A DNA stretch of 64,000 bases, from NCBI RefSeq assembly GCF_902652985.1, contig NC_047017.1, positions 17,794,001 through 17,858,000 on the forward strand, in the 5' to 3' direction. The notes under the pieces were generated by a model. That model searched no databases. It was given only the letters and a program-made list of their open reading frames with translations, and was not told the origin of the DNA. Positions 11,056 to 23,545 of the stretch are shown here, piece by piece. Positions within the stretch are counted from its first letter, which is position 1. Every line of letters starts with the position of its first letter. The DNA is from Pecten maximus (lineage: Eukaryota). A program made the translations under genes and the position numbers.

Positions 11056-14000
11056 ATGGACAAGCATCAGTCCGAGAATGGTACCCTGAAGTGGTCGCAC
11101 GGATTCCTCGCGGTAGTGTTGTTGCTTCTTCTGTTCTCTTTGCAACTCTTATCGCTTGTGACGTCTCAGTATATAGTCCTGTACCTCCAGAAGGACATGT
11201 TTCCGAACTCAACTCTTTCTTCTTCGAATGTGTCGGCATGCAATTTCAACACGTCGACAGAAGAATACCGCGAGAGGACGGCGGTACAGAAGGCTGCTTC
11301 AAAGTTTAATATTTACAAAACATTGGCTGAAAATTTACCTGCTCTTATTATCAGTGGCATTACAGGCGGTCTTAGTGACAAATATGGAAGAAGACGTATT
11401 TTGGTATTAAGCATATCTTTAACCATGTTATTGGGATGCCTTAACAGCATTATAATTTATCTCCAAATCAATATCTATTACTTCTTGATTAGCTTTTTCA
11501 TATATAGTCTAGGAGGCGGTTTCTATGGTACATTGTCGATTTGCTTCGCCTATATGTCGGATGTAACAGATCCCGGAAAACAACGAACATTGATGATAAC
11601 TCTTCTCGAAGCATCCCTCGGAATAGGCTCGGCAGCATCTGGGTTCTTTTCTGGGTTCATTATTGACAGTGTCGGATTCTTCTATGCAAGCATATGTGTG
11701 TGTGCAGCAGCATTCTGTTCAATGTTAGTGGTTGTGTTGTTTCTTCCGAATTCACGTCCTCCTAACATGTTGTTATCCGGAACGTCAACCATTGAAAATG
11801 CCAGTGCATCATTTGTATTTTATTTTCGAGCTTCTCCTAAGCGGCACAAATATATACTTGCAATCATAATATTCATGAGTTCAACGCTTTCTCTTTTAGG
11901 AAAATCAAATATAGAAATTTTGTATCAGTTGAACGCGCCATTTTGTTGGACATCTGTCAAAGTTGGATATTACTCAGCAATTTCGAATTCAGCCAGAATG
12001 ATTTTAGGCGTAGCCTGTGTGAAAATTCTGCAAAAGTTTTTCATGGAGGAAAGCGTCGCCATTTTAAGTGGTGTCTCTGGAATGGCAGCTAGTATTGTGG
12101 AGGCATTTGCTATCAACGATGTCATGTTATTTCTAGGTATGTTGTACTTCATTCACACCATTCCGCGTTACGATGATAGCCAACTTTGTCGATTTTCATA
12201 TTCAAGCTAAACAATAAATCCAATGTTTTCTAACAAACCAATGCTTATTCAGTACAAGCTACGCTATGTTAACAAACTTACTTACAGGTACTTCACTTTT
12301 ATGTGCGTTTGGTTTTACAATACCAAACTAAAGAATTTCCTCTAAGAATATTTTTGTTGTGCTTCAATACTCTACGCGGCCAAATTTCAATGATTACAAT
12401 CTGACAAAAGTTGCTACGATGTTAAGTATCTGAATTTTACAACTTATATTTGCCGTAGGATTTATTTGCATTATGTTGATACGCCAGGAGAGTCAATTGC
12501 AAATTCAAATAGTTCGCCATTTGTAGAAAACAACATTCTGGAGGGTGGCCAAGCTATCAGTTATCGATATAAGATTCTGGACGAGTCTGTGGCTATAAAA
12601 GTTCATCATTCGTTGATTTAAAGTCATTTCTAATTTATGTTTCAAGAGGTTAGTCCGCAAAATAAAGAATTCGCGAAATGTAAGTGATTTACAGTAATCA
12701 CAGTAGTCCTTGATAAAGTAAAGCATTCTGCATTTACTTAGATATTGTTTGTCTATATAGGAAAAATAGAAAATAGAATTTTTTTTACAAAATACAAGAC
12801 AAAAACGTTTTTTATCTCCTTGAAATATTTTCTGCACAAAATAATACGTACTGTGTGTACGAGTTTTTCCCCTTGTCTAATGCATTTTTCGGATTTTCTT
12901 ACCGACACTTGGAAGTCACCATTCTGCCTCACCAATTGACAAAATGGCCTTAACCTCTTTTTAGACTCTTATTTTATAATCAGAAATCACCAAATTCGAT
13001 AAACTGTATTTGAGACATGCAATCTTATACTTCTGGTAGGTTTCGGCGTTATTTCTTTACATATAATCGGGAACTTTCCGTGCTCCTTGAAACAGTCGAA
13101 ATGCTTTAACAGTATTGCAGAGTTTTTAATGGTTTACTTAATGGCCCTGTCACACTGTTGCGTATGAGAGAAACGTATGAGTTGCGTATGAAAATTCATA
13201 ATATAATTTTCATACGCACAAAAAGCCCTTGAAAATACAGAATTTTGCGTATACTTACCGTATTGAACCTATGAGTAGCGCATGAGTAGCGTATGGCCAG
13301 CGTATTGAGAGCGAATGTCAGCGTATGACCAGCGTATGTCAGCGTATGACCAGCGTATGTCAGCGTATGAACAGCGTATGGCCATCGTACTCTGCGTATG
13401 GCTAGCGTATGCGTAGCGTATGAACTGCGTATGCCCAGCATACGAAGAACTGAAGATGAACTAGAAATGGGAGCCTATATATACACTTTATCAAAACGCG
13501 TATTCAGGCGTATTCAGCGTATGCCTAGCTATGTTTAGCGTATTAACCATACGTCCGAATACGCACAAAATTTTTGAACATGCTCAAAAATTTATTTCTG
13601 CCTCAGCGTATGCCAGCGTATCCCAGCGTATGCCAGCGTGTTTGAAATGTATACAACCTATGCCTTACGTACCCCTAGCGCATGTCAGCGTATACCAGCG
13701 TATGAGTGATAATTTTCATACGCTGGCATACGTTAGTACGATACGCAACAGTGTGACAGGGCTATAACATAACCAATACCACATGAGGGACAGTAATTAT
13801 GAGAATGTTGCAAGGAAATCATTGTGATGTATTTGATCAAGAAACAGGACGGACACAGCCGATCTTAGAATTAAACATTGAAGAAATCCACCTGGCATGG
13901 ATGGAAGAATTTCTGAAAATGACATGGTAATTATCTAGAAGTATACAGGAAATCACAGTTACTTTTTAAAAAAGTGAAATTGTCTTCTTATTTGATAAGA

Positions 14001-16033
14001 TATTCCAAAAAAATGTTACGGTGGTATGTCATCCTAAATGGTGGTTGACAGGTACAATGCAATTGTGTTTCAATAAATGGCATTTTGAAAGGCTATTTTT
14101 GAAAGAGTTATCGTGTGTTACTTGTCTGTAATTTCAGTTTCCAACCGACATTTTTCTTTGATGTAGGTCAAATGGCAAACTGATAAAAAAATCAAAATTA
14201 CCCAGATGATTTCGCTTTAACAAACTCAAGTGACAAGTAGCGTAGGAAATAGAGCTTTGATAAGCTTTATCTTTGATATAGATCAAAGGTCAAAATGTAT
14301 GTCAATGTGACCTTCTTTGAAACATCAAACAATGCCTTGCCTACTTCCTTGCTTGCTTATTAAATGAGATACAGCCCGGGTAATCCTTTTCATTATATAG
14401 ATCAAAGATCAAAATGTAAATCAGAGTGACCGTCTTTTCATGCTTCGCCTCCCCAAGGTAAACTCATGTCCTGGATATGAAGTTCCAGAGACCTTGGCTG
14501 TTTTATTTTTTTTTATGTAAGTCAGATGTTAAAATGTAAGCCAAAATGAATGAACGAGATGAACCTATTTTTTTTAAATCTCCTGAAAAGATATAGTGTG
14601 TATTGTGTAAAAAAAAAAATTGAAAAAAAAATATAATTTTATTTTTTTCCATTTCAGTTCCAGTCATAGGTTTCCTAGGAACATTAGTTATCCCGATGAC
14701 CAGATCTATACTGTCCAAACTTACGCCTGCGGACAGACAAGGTAAGTATTTCCTTAAAGGGGCTCAGTGGTTAGATTTCTTTTCTCTGGACATTTGCGTA
14801 AAGACAGAAATTATAGTAAGTTTACTTTTGCCGAGAGATTGCCGAGTAATCACGTGATTATTATATGATTAAGTCTATATTTACGAAACATCGAACTTTC
14901 TAGATCAACTGCCTAAATTATCCGGTCGGGCTCATGTTGAATCAGGAGCTATTTTTTGTTCATATAATGTACTTTCAGTCGAGTAAGATTCCGTCTGAGC
15001 TGGAAATCCACCATCTTTGTCTTGATACCTAAATTTCGATTTGAGAATATTAATGAGCTACTTTTCATTTGTTAATCTATCTATTTTTCAAGTTATTAAA
15101 AAATCGCGTGTGCGAATTAAAAATTTCATAATGAACAGATATCGCATAATTTTTCACATGCTTTTAAGTTTCCTAACATTTTTATCGTTTATGTAATTGA
15201 AAGCTAACCATTGAGTGCCTTTAACAATTCCGATTATCATTGTTAATCACAACCGAAATAAATGATACTCGTTTCTCATTCAAATACGGCAGATTACAAA
15301 CTTTGACATAAAAACAATGACACGAGCATCGAAAAGACAGAAAATATTTTTTGGCCATTTTAGGAGCACTATTCGCAGGAGTAGCTGTTGTTGAGATAAC
15401 GTCAAATTTGGGAAGTAATATTGGAGCTTCGTCCGTCTACATAGCAACTGTTGGTGCCATGCGGGGATTCGTCTTCCTCGTATTTGCTGGCTTGTCCTTC
15501 CTTACTACATGTCTACTACTGTGAGTATATCATGTCTAAATTCAGAATGATCATAAAATTCTATGTAGCAATTATTCATTTGTAAGTAGAACAGTTTCTT
15601 GCTTGTTATCAGTCCATTGCTCTCCATATTCCCTTGATAGTGCCTACGTCACCAAAGATCAAAGGTTTGACAGATGAGAAATAAAAGCAAACAAATGGCT
15701 AAGTTATAACCTTGGAGAACATGGTTACACATAAGTTATTGCTTGGATTTACAACATAGGTAGGAATATAGGAAACGGGGGAAAATGAAAGTACAGTTAT
15801 ACATTTTTTTGTTTTTGTTTTTGTTTATGTTTTTGCTATTTTATTTTTTTAACACCGTCATTTTAAGGAGTGTTTTCTTAGTAGTGTTAAACACTTCCTC
15901 CACTATCATGAGTTTATCATTTAATTTCAGAATATATCGTATCATAAATAGAGGGTCGAAAACTGGAACGTTACCTGATGTGACTAAAGATATTACCAGT
16001 ACACAGATATTGACAGACCACGAGGGGGAATGA
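11056..16033 (+). CDS. SLC46: SLC46-family MFS transporter, copy 2, 474 aa
   Basis: Coding exons 11056-12136, 14658-14741, 15364-15520, 15931-16033; acceptor at 11027 upstream of the ATG; same motifs and near-identical exon sizes as copy 1. Confidence 0.93.
13142..13764. mobile_element. PIF/Harbinger-type MITE in an intron of copy 2
   Basis: Inverted termini GCCCTGTCACACTGTTGCGTAT...ATACGCAACAGTGTGACAGGGC, TAA on both flanks, interior full of (C)AGCGTAT repeats, no credible ORF. Confidence 0.85.
14758..15220. mobile_element. Kolobok-type MITE in an intron of copy 2
   Basis: TTAA|AGGGGCTCAGTGGTTAG...CTAACCATTGAGTGCCT|TTAA imperfect TIRs with TTAA duplication; the homologous intron of copy 1 has a single TTAA (4897-4900). 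Confidence 0.8.
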
Positions 16034-17430
16034 GAATGAAGCCAGAATGTAGAATGTACCCCAGTATTGACAGAGGACAAGGGAGACTGAGGATGGCTTC
16101 CTGAGAGCACATTCATCTCCAAAAGTTTATCTGCCATGAAAACTAGATGGCAGTTTGACATTGTCTTGGTTGGATTCGTGTTCTGATGTTTTAAACAGTC
16201 AATAACACACCAAAGGATTTTATGAACTGTGTGAATGATTCATTGACGATACATAGCAAAATAGGCTAAATTGGTTGCGGCATAGGTTTTTTTTATGTTA
16301 GGCGATTTTAAAGATATTTTGCTGCAATGTTTTGGGGATTGAATGATTGGATGGTAAGCAGGAAATTTTTGCAAGTTATAGTGTATCGATGTGCGGAAAA
16401 ACAACCTAGCCAGCCAGTCAGCGAAACCAATCAACCCTTAACCTATGATATATTCAAAATCAATGTTTTCCTCCAATCTTAATTGTATTTATTGAAATGA
16501 TATGATGCAGAATTTCATAATACGAAAACATAGGTGTGGAAAACATAATGGAATTTAAAATATTATTTATAAAACGACAAAAAGTTTAATTGTAACGAGC
16601 ATGTTAAAACAAACACTTCAAATTTATCCCAATATGAATCACATGTTTAAAAAAAATACACATACGACAATTTCTGTATTACATTTCTAAACAATGATTT
16701 TTTGAATTTTTCTTCCTGTCTAATAAAACAAAACTATAAAAAGGAATTGATGGCCGCAGCCTTATTCATTTGTTACTTTGCACAACCTGAGAACATGGCG
16801 GGCAGGTGAACCAAGAAGTCCGCCAGGCAAATCCTTGGCCGAGCATTACATACAAATATCATCACAAGTACACGCAAAAGGAAGATAAATGCTAAATATC
16901 TACCCGCAGGTACCGGATATAAAGCAACTTGCTCTATGACCTAGCAGAGTTTGCATGTATTTGTTAAAACAAATTCCCGCTCGCACACCCATCGCGAGAC
17001 GGTAACCAGCATCTCCAACCTGGAGAAACTATATTCTCCCACCTTTCACTGATTTGTCTCCCGTTTTGAGTGTACAAGATTTCTCTGTCTTTTTTAGCGC
17101 GTGCAATCTGTCATACCCTAGGGTGTGACAGATTGCACGCGCTCACTTTCTTCACCGGAAGTACTACCGGAACTACTTTTTTTTGTTTACATTACGTCGT
17201 CTGCTACGTCAACAAACAAATTGTGTACACAATAATACAGGTCTGCAGAGCGATCTCGGAGATGTTTCAAACAGGTGACACTGTTACGGTTGGTGGAAAT
17301 GGTAGGAAGGGCAAAATTGTTGGCACTTTTCGTCCTATTTTTTATATTCATACGCCCATGTGTACTTGTTTACAAACAGACGGAGATCGCCGATGGGAAA
17401 ACACATAAAGAAAAGAGGAGGGAGAAAAAT

Positions 17431-17585
17431 AATCTTTCCCTACCTTGAGGGTGTAACAAAGAAATCTCAACCTTCGGGGGAGATTCTTGAATGTCCAAAC
17501 CCTCGGCAAGCCTCGGGTTGGACATTCAAGAATCTCCCCCGAAGGTTGAGATTTCTCTGTCACACCCTCAAGGTAGGGAAAGATT
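17431..17585. mobile_element. Long near-perfect palindrome (~70-bp arms), probably the end of a non-autonomous hairpin element
   Basis: AATCTTTCCCTACCTTGAGGGTGT...CCTCGGCAAGCCTCGGG...ACACCCTCAAGGTAGGGAAAGATT; explains the mirror ORFs on both strands. Element limits unclear. Confidence 0.75.
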
Positions 17586-18964
17586 CTATTGATCACCTAT
17601 CGCACTTCAGTTCCAAGGGATTCAGATGGCAAGCATTAGTGGGTTGGTTACTAATATATAGAATTTGCACCTTCCTGCCACAAACTTCTACGACACCACC
17701 ATAGCGAGTTTCAATTAGTCTGGTAGGGTAACCCCTATCAACACTAAGTTGGTGAGTCAGTACATAGTCTAATAATACACAACTCGAATAACAGAAAAAT
17801 ATATAAGCATATTGCCTGCCCGCCATGTCCTGCCACTCGGGACTGTCTATACAGTTCTGCATCCCCAAACAAAACATATCTGAGGTTGTACAGCATGTTA
17901 TAATATAGTAAGTACCAATTATCTGTATAAATTAAATGTGCTCACTAGGCAAACAAAAACGCGTTAGTTTCTACAAATTTCTCCTAGTTCCTTGCAAAGT
18001 ATTGATAAAAATGTCATTACCTATGTCTGAAAGATGCACATTGTCATCGCGAAACAATCCCTGACATGTATATATACAATATCAGTATGTTTAATCACCC
18101 TGCCACATGCATCTAATGCAGCTCTCCGACCTTCTCGGTTAACTCTTTTACGTTTTCCTTCCATAGCTTGTATGTTGCCACAACCCCTATATTTTAACCA
18201 TGTCAAAATATATGACCAGATAAATGAATATCCTGGCTAAAGAGTATGAAGTTCATCTATATCGTTTGCTATTTTGGCGCATAGTTCCTCCGTAATTACG
18301 TTAATAAAATCGCTACATCCTACGTGCAGTAATAGGAAATCCGGAACGGGTTTTTTTTTGCGAGGAGTTCACTAACATCGTAAATCATTTTGAACCACGA
18401 CATAACCCGCTTTCCTGACCATCGGATGCCCTTTGAATATGACGACGTTGACAAGTCTCGTAGGGTATAATACTTTTGTGACAACTACATTTCTTATAAT
18501 ATATTTTTAGCACCATAGCTAAAGAAGTTGCTTTATTTTTTGTGTGGCTTATGTGACTAAATACTAAATAATTTAGAGAGATATTTAGGCCTGTTGACAC
18601 CGAAAGTAACAGAAACCTAAAACACCAGGAGCTGTATACCTATAACTGACCGAATCTATGTAAATTGATTATATTATACAATCATATAACTGCTATTCGG
18701 TTTGCTAACGATATATAGGCAAATGTAACACAGAATGTAAATATATGCCCTTCAACTGATAGCCCAAAATACTTTATCAACATATTTCATAAAATGGTAT
18801 CAGTAAGTGGTAGACACGCGGTTTGTTATCTTTCTAACGTAGCTTTTAAATGTAGGACCAACGTCCAGGAACATCTTCCTGTACTTACCATACATACAAG
18901 CCACGAATTACCTTTTAAATACAGTTTTCTACCGTCTTCGGTTTCCTGAATCTCTACTATATTA

Positions 18965-19085
18965 CGTAATTGACCAAGGTGGAAATACCTGAAGAACCGA
19001 TCAGAAACTACTTCCGGTGATGCTGTACGACGATTAACTTTTTGTAAGTCATGTCACCTGACTTTAAATCATTCTCACGTGCTGT
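18965..19085 (+). promoter_or_regulatory. Probable non-coding first exon and E-box of SLC46 copy 3
   Basis: GGTGATGCTGTACGAC at 19016, donor GTAAGTCATGTCAC at 19044 (same as copy 2), TCACGTG at 19075. Confidence 0.55.
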
Positions 19086-19099
19086 ATCATTTCTATACG

Positions 19100-19860
19100 T
19101 TATATTGTATTTTCAAACTTCATAAAAATCCTTATAAACAACGTGTTATTACTGGTTTGAGAAGTTTCTCAACATAGTCGATATCCAAATTCTTACTAAC
19201 ACTCTTATTGATATTAAGTTTGGGTTGCAGTCGTATTGGGATACTGAATGCTCCGATGGTATTAATGGAACGTTTTGAGGAGGTTTATGATTCATTTTGA
19301 ACATCTGCTTTTGAAAAAAAACCCGTCTTTTTAATCAAATATTTGGTACACTTAACAAAATCATAACCCATTTTAAGCTGAGGCTTAGCCATTTGTTCTC
19401 ATCTTTTCAGAGCAGTCCTTTGCAAGAAAGGCGAACGACAATATAGGTGTATTGTTTTGAACTTTTCTAGGGCGTATTTCATATCATACAATTAAGGCCA
19501 ATACTAGATACGCAAATAATGAAATTTGAGAATGATTGAATTAACAACTATGTTGAAGTTGGTGATATGATCTACCAGAAGACAAATTGGAACAAATTGT
19601 ACTCACAATGATTCATATGTTATCAAGAGATATAGGTTGATGAAGATCATGCAAGTTTGATTGTTGACAATATATCATTTGGAAAGATTTAACTTCTATG
19701 TGTGATATGAAGTCAGTTCAATTCCCCTTGATATGCTGCTTGTATCATTGAAACCCCACCCTGGTTCCTATTTCTGTGATATGACATGAAATAACCTAAC
19801 AGGAAATAGCCTGGTTGGTGTCGAAACAGAAGTTTAATACCCTTCTGGATCGCATGCTCT
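19100..19860 (+). mobile_element. Highly decayed Penelope-like retroelement (reverse transcriptase remnant)
   Basis: Collinear broken-frame peptides LYCIFKLHKNPYKQRVITG, GLQSYWDT, FGTLNKIITHFKL, KGERQYRCIVL..AYF, INNYVEVGDMIYQK, IGTNC match the order of PLE RT motifs as I recall them (LYWIPKLHK.PYK.R, FSTLYT.IPH, IDNIYV.FG, MGTNCAP). Confidence 0.72.
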
Positions 19861-20066
19861 TATTTTTCTTTGTCGCCATGAAAACCATATGTAACGTATA
19901 CCTTTTGTACACCACATTCTATGCTTAGCCATTGCACTTCAGATTTGAAGTAGAACAACGGTATATCAACTTAAAACTTTCCATATTTTCAAGGAAGAAC
20001 ATATCCATTTAGTAAATTGTTTTATTTTCCAATACTAGGTCAAGAGATATCAACGTACAGTGCATC

Positions 20067-23000
20067 ATGGACAAGCAGCAAACCCAACACGGGACCCTTA
20101 GGGGGTCGCACGGATTCATTGCAATAGTGATATTACTTGTTATGTTCTCTATGAGACTTTCTTCATTGGTGTTGTCTGAATATGTGGTTCAGTACTTCCA
20201 GAAGGACATGTTCCCCAACTCCAGTATTACAGCGTCGGACAATATGTCAACCTGCAATGTCAACACGTCGACAGAGGAATACAGCGAGAGGACGGCGGTT
20301 CAGAAGGCTGCATCACAACTAAATATTTACTTACGACTGTTGGAAAATCTACCCGCTCTCATCACCAGTGGCATCGCAGGGGGTCTCAGTGACCGATACG
20401 GAAGGACACGAATTCTAACTATTTCTTTAACTGTTTGTTTTTTAGCGGGGTGTATTTCCAGTGCTGTGATATATTTTCAAATCAACGTTTACTACTTTTT
20501 GTTCAGTAGTACATTGTACAGTCTGGGAGGAAGTCTTTTCGGAATATTATCGATAAGCTACGCCTACATATCGGATATAACAAGCCCCGGGAAGCAACGT
20601 ACTATAATGCTTACTCTACTACAGGCATGTACTGGAATTAGTGGGGCAGTATCGGGGCTCGTTTCTGGGTTCATTTTTGAGACTGTCGGCTTCTTCTATG
20701 CAAGTGTATGTGTTTCTGCAACTGGCGCCTGCTCCATTTTGGTCGTTGTGCTTTTTCTGCCGAACTCGCATCCACCCGCAATTATCTCAACAGGAACTTC
20801 AACTTTTGAAAATGTCAGAGCATCCTTTACATTTTATTTTCGAGCATCTCCTTTGAGACACAAATATGTACTCGCAATAATTACTTTCATGATTGCGACG
20901 TTGTCTGTTGTAGGTAAACAAAGTACAGAGATTCTGTACCAGTTGAACGTACCATTCTGTTGGTCATCTGTCAAAGTTGGATATTATTCAGCATTGTCAA
21001 ACTCCACCTCAATGATTTTAACTGTGGTCATTGTAAAAGTCCTGCAGATGTTTTTCACAGAGGAAACCATCGCCATTTTAAGCGGGGTATCTGGAACTGC
21101 AGCTAGTACATTAGAGGCCTTTGCCGTCAATGACACAATGTTATTTCTTGGTTTGTTCAGTTTTGTTGAAACAATACTCTATTGATTTGATCCCTTAATT
21201 TACTAATGATATGGTTGATGATGAACGTTGGTTAATGAGGATAATGCTCAGTCTTTTATTACTGTACATCTTGCTACTTTCTACTTTATGAAGTTTCGAA
21301 AAAAAACGGTTAAATTACTGTAAATGTACTTAGTGCCAAACCAATTTAAAACTTATTCAAGAAGTGGTCAACTAGCTTATCAAAAATATTTGTCATATAA
21401 AAGAAATATAACCAAACTACAAGAAGTACAATAATAATTTTGCGGAATGCTTCTAATGCGAAAAGTGCTAAAATAAAACAGATTTATTCATTAAACTAAA
21501 GGTTAATAAATAAATAAAGGTTGTCGTGTATGTAGCCCTGTGACATGTCGATGTTTACTTTTGTTTCTTTTATTTCTATATTTCAGTTCCCGTCATAGGT
21601 TTGCTTATCATGCTGTTATTTCCTATGATACGATCGATGTTGTCCAAGATAACGCCCCCGGACAGACAGGGTAAGGGATTTTACAACGTTACATAAGTTT
21701 TTCTTAGAAGTCAAACGTGCCACAATAAGTAAAGAAAACAAAGAAATGTAAAAAGTACTTCATAAGTATTTGTAAAAAAAATTACAAGAAGCTGGAGATC
21801 AACTGAGTATAACAAAAGTACATGATCATCGTTTCTACTGAATTTACAATTTTCCGTGTGAATTACATTATATTTTAAGGTAGACTCCACTCATTTGATA
21901 TACAGTCGTCGTATTAACGACTGTATCCAAAACGTAGGTCGACAACATATTTGGCTAAATTCCAATAACTTACTGTGATCACAGAATTTCTGCAATGGTC
22001 GCGAACAGGTTAAACAATGATGCCACAACGATATTGTCCCATTGTTATAGCATTATTAGCATCGTGTAATTTACAATTTGAGCGGTCGGCTGGCGCAATG
22101 GTAACAATCTAGCCTTTCACGTTGACGTCCCATTTCGTTCTTCCGTGAGAGCGTATTGCCTCTCGTAGTTGTAATGTGTTGAATATATGTTATAGATGTA
22201 CAATTCGCATCTATATGTGTATATTCATAGCGATCCATGTATTTATATCACCTAATAGACGATTTGTCACTATGACCATTTCAAGGTATCTGGCAAAATA
22301 TTACTGCGTCATTGAAACGTTTTTTTTATAGAACTTGGATGTGGCGCAGTGGTACAAGATGCGGGTATTTCTGGCTAGGCAATTAGTTACCGTAGATCGT
22401 GAATTCAAAGCTCGGTCAGGGCATGAGTTATATAGTTGTCATCATTGGTCATTTGTGTTATACTTTAGCAAAATTTATCAGATGCACTATGTGTTGTTGA
22501 TCAACATGTCTTAGAAGCTTCTGTTTGAGAGCGATAGCGAGCAAATATGGAACTTCGAGACAAGTTTCATCAATCTTTTTATCGCATGACTAAAAAGAAA
22601 GATATGTTTTGTAAAATATAACAAGCGGACGGAAAATGGATTGGTCAATAGTTAGGGAAATACCAATGCACGTTATATTTTCGGAATATAGTGCTGAAAT
22701 GTGCAGGACAAAATCAAACAGAGTCAGTCATTTTGTTTCGCCATGTTGAATTCATGACATAACGTCATTGTCCAAATCATGACGTTACAATCGATGTTTT
22801 TGAAAAACGCTCCAGAGTATATTGCACTAGTGACATTAACTCAATGTATACCATACCGATTATCTGATAAAAGTTTATACGGTTTGTTTTGCAATGAATA
22901 TAAAACGAATGATGTTCATGAATATGTGTACATACATATTTTTACATTTTTCATCATGATGATTCTCACTAGAGTTTAACATTCTGTACGTATTTAAAGT

Positions 23001-23545
23001 CATTACATTTATAAACATTGCAGGTGCCCTTTTCGCGGGAATATCTGTTGTGGAGATAGCAGGAAACATGGGAAGTGACCTTGGAGGGTCGGTCATCTAC
23101 GAAGAAACTGTTGCTACCATGCGGGGATTTGTCTTCCTCGTCTTTGCCGGTCTATCTTTTCTCACCACATGCCTTCTTCTGTGAGTATATATCGTTATTA
23201 TTGAGTGTTACAACATTTCCTATTGGTCTGTCTGGAGTTGGATTTTAGCCTTATATCAATATTTCATCAGTTAGTCTTTCTCCAATGTGATTTGAGAGTT
23301 TTCCCTTTGATACATACACATAGTGAGCGGATCTCCATATATGGGAACGGAGGACCAAGTCATTTAAAAAAAAAAAATTGCATATTATATTTTAGGAGTA
23401 TAGAACTCAAACAATACCTTATTGTTTTTCGTCATATTTCAGAATTTACCGTATCATCAATAGGACGTCTAAAACCGTACCTTTACCAGATGCTACCAAA
23501 GACAATACCGGCACACAGGTATTGATAGAACACGAGGGAAACTGA
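20067..23545 (+). CDS. SLC46: SLC46-family MFS transporter, copy 3, 475 aa
   Basis: Coding exons 20067-21150, 21587-21670, 23024-23180, 23443-23545; GT-AG with consistent phases; GGLSDRYGR, LYQLNVPFCW, RSMLSKI..RQGALFAG. Confidence 0.93.
22340..22425 (+). mobile_element. Degenerate tRNA-derived SINE head
   Basis: A-box-like TGGCGCAGTGG and B-box-like GAATTCAAAGC about 55 nt apart; I could not fold an intact cloverleaf. Confidence 0.45.

Noticed and set aside
16028-16090. Selenocysteine readthrough of GAA TGA GAA TGA in copy 2
   Set aside because: Downstream frame differs in copy 1 and no SECIS was recognised.
17348-17704. Similar ORFs on both strands
   Set aside because: Artefact of the long palindrome.
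22340-22425. Functional tRNA gene (also 62788-62860)
   Set aside because: Only A/B-box-like motifs; acceptor and anticodon stems do not pair.
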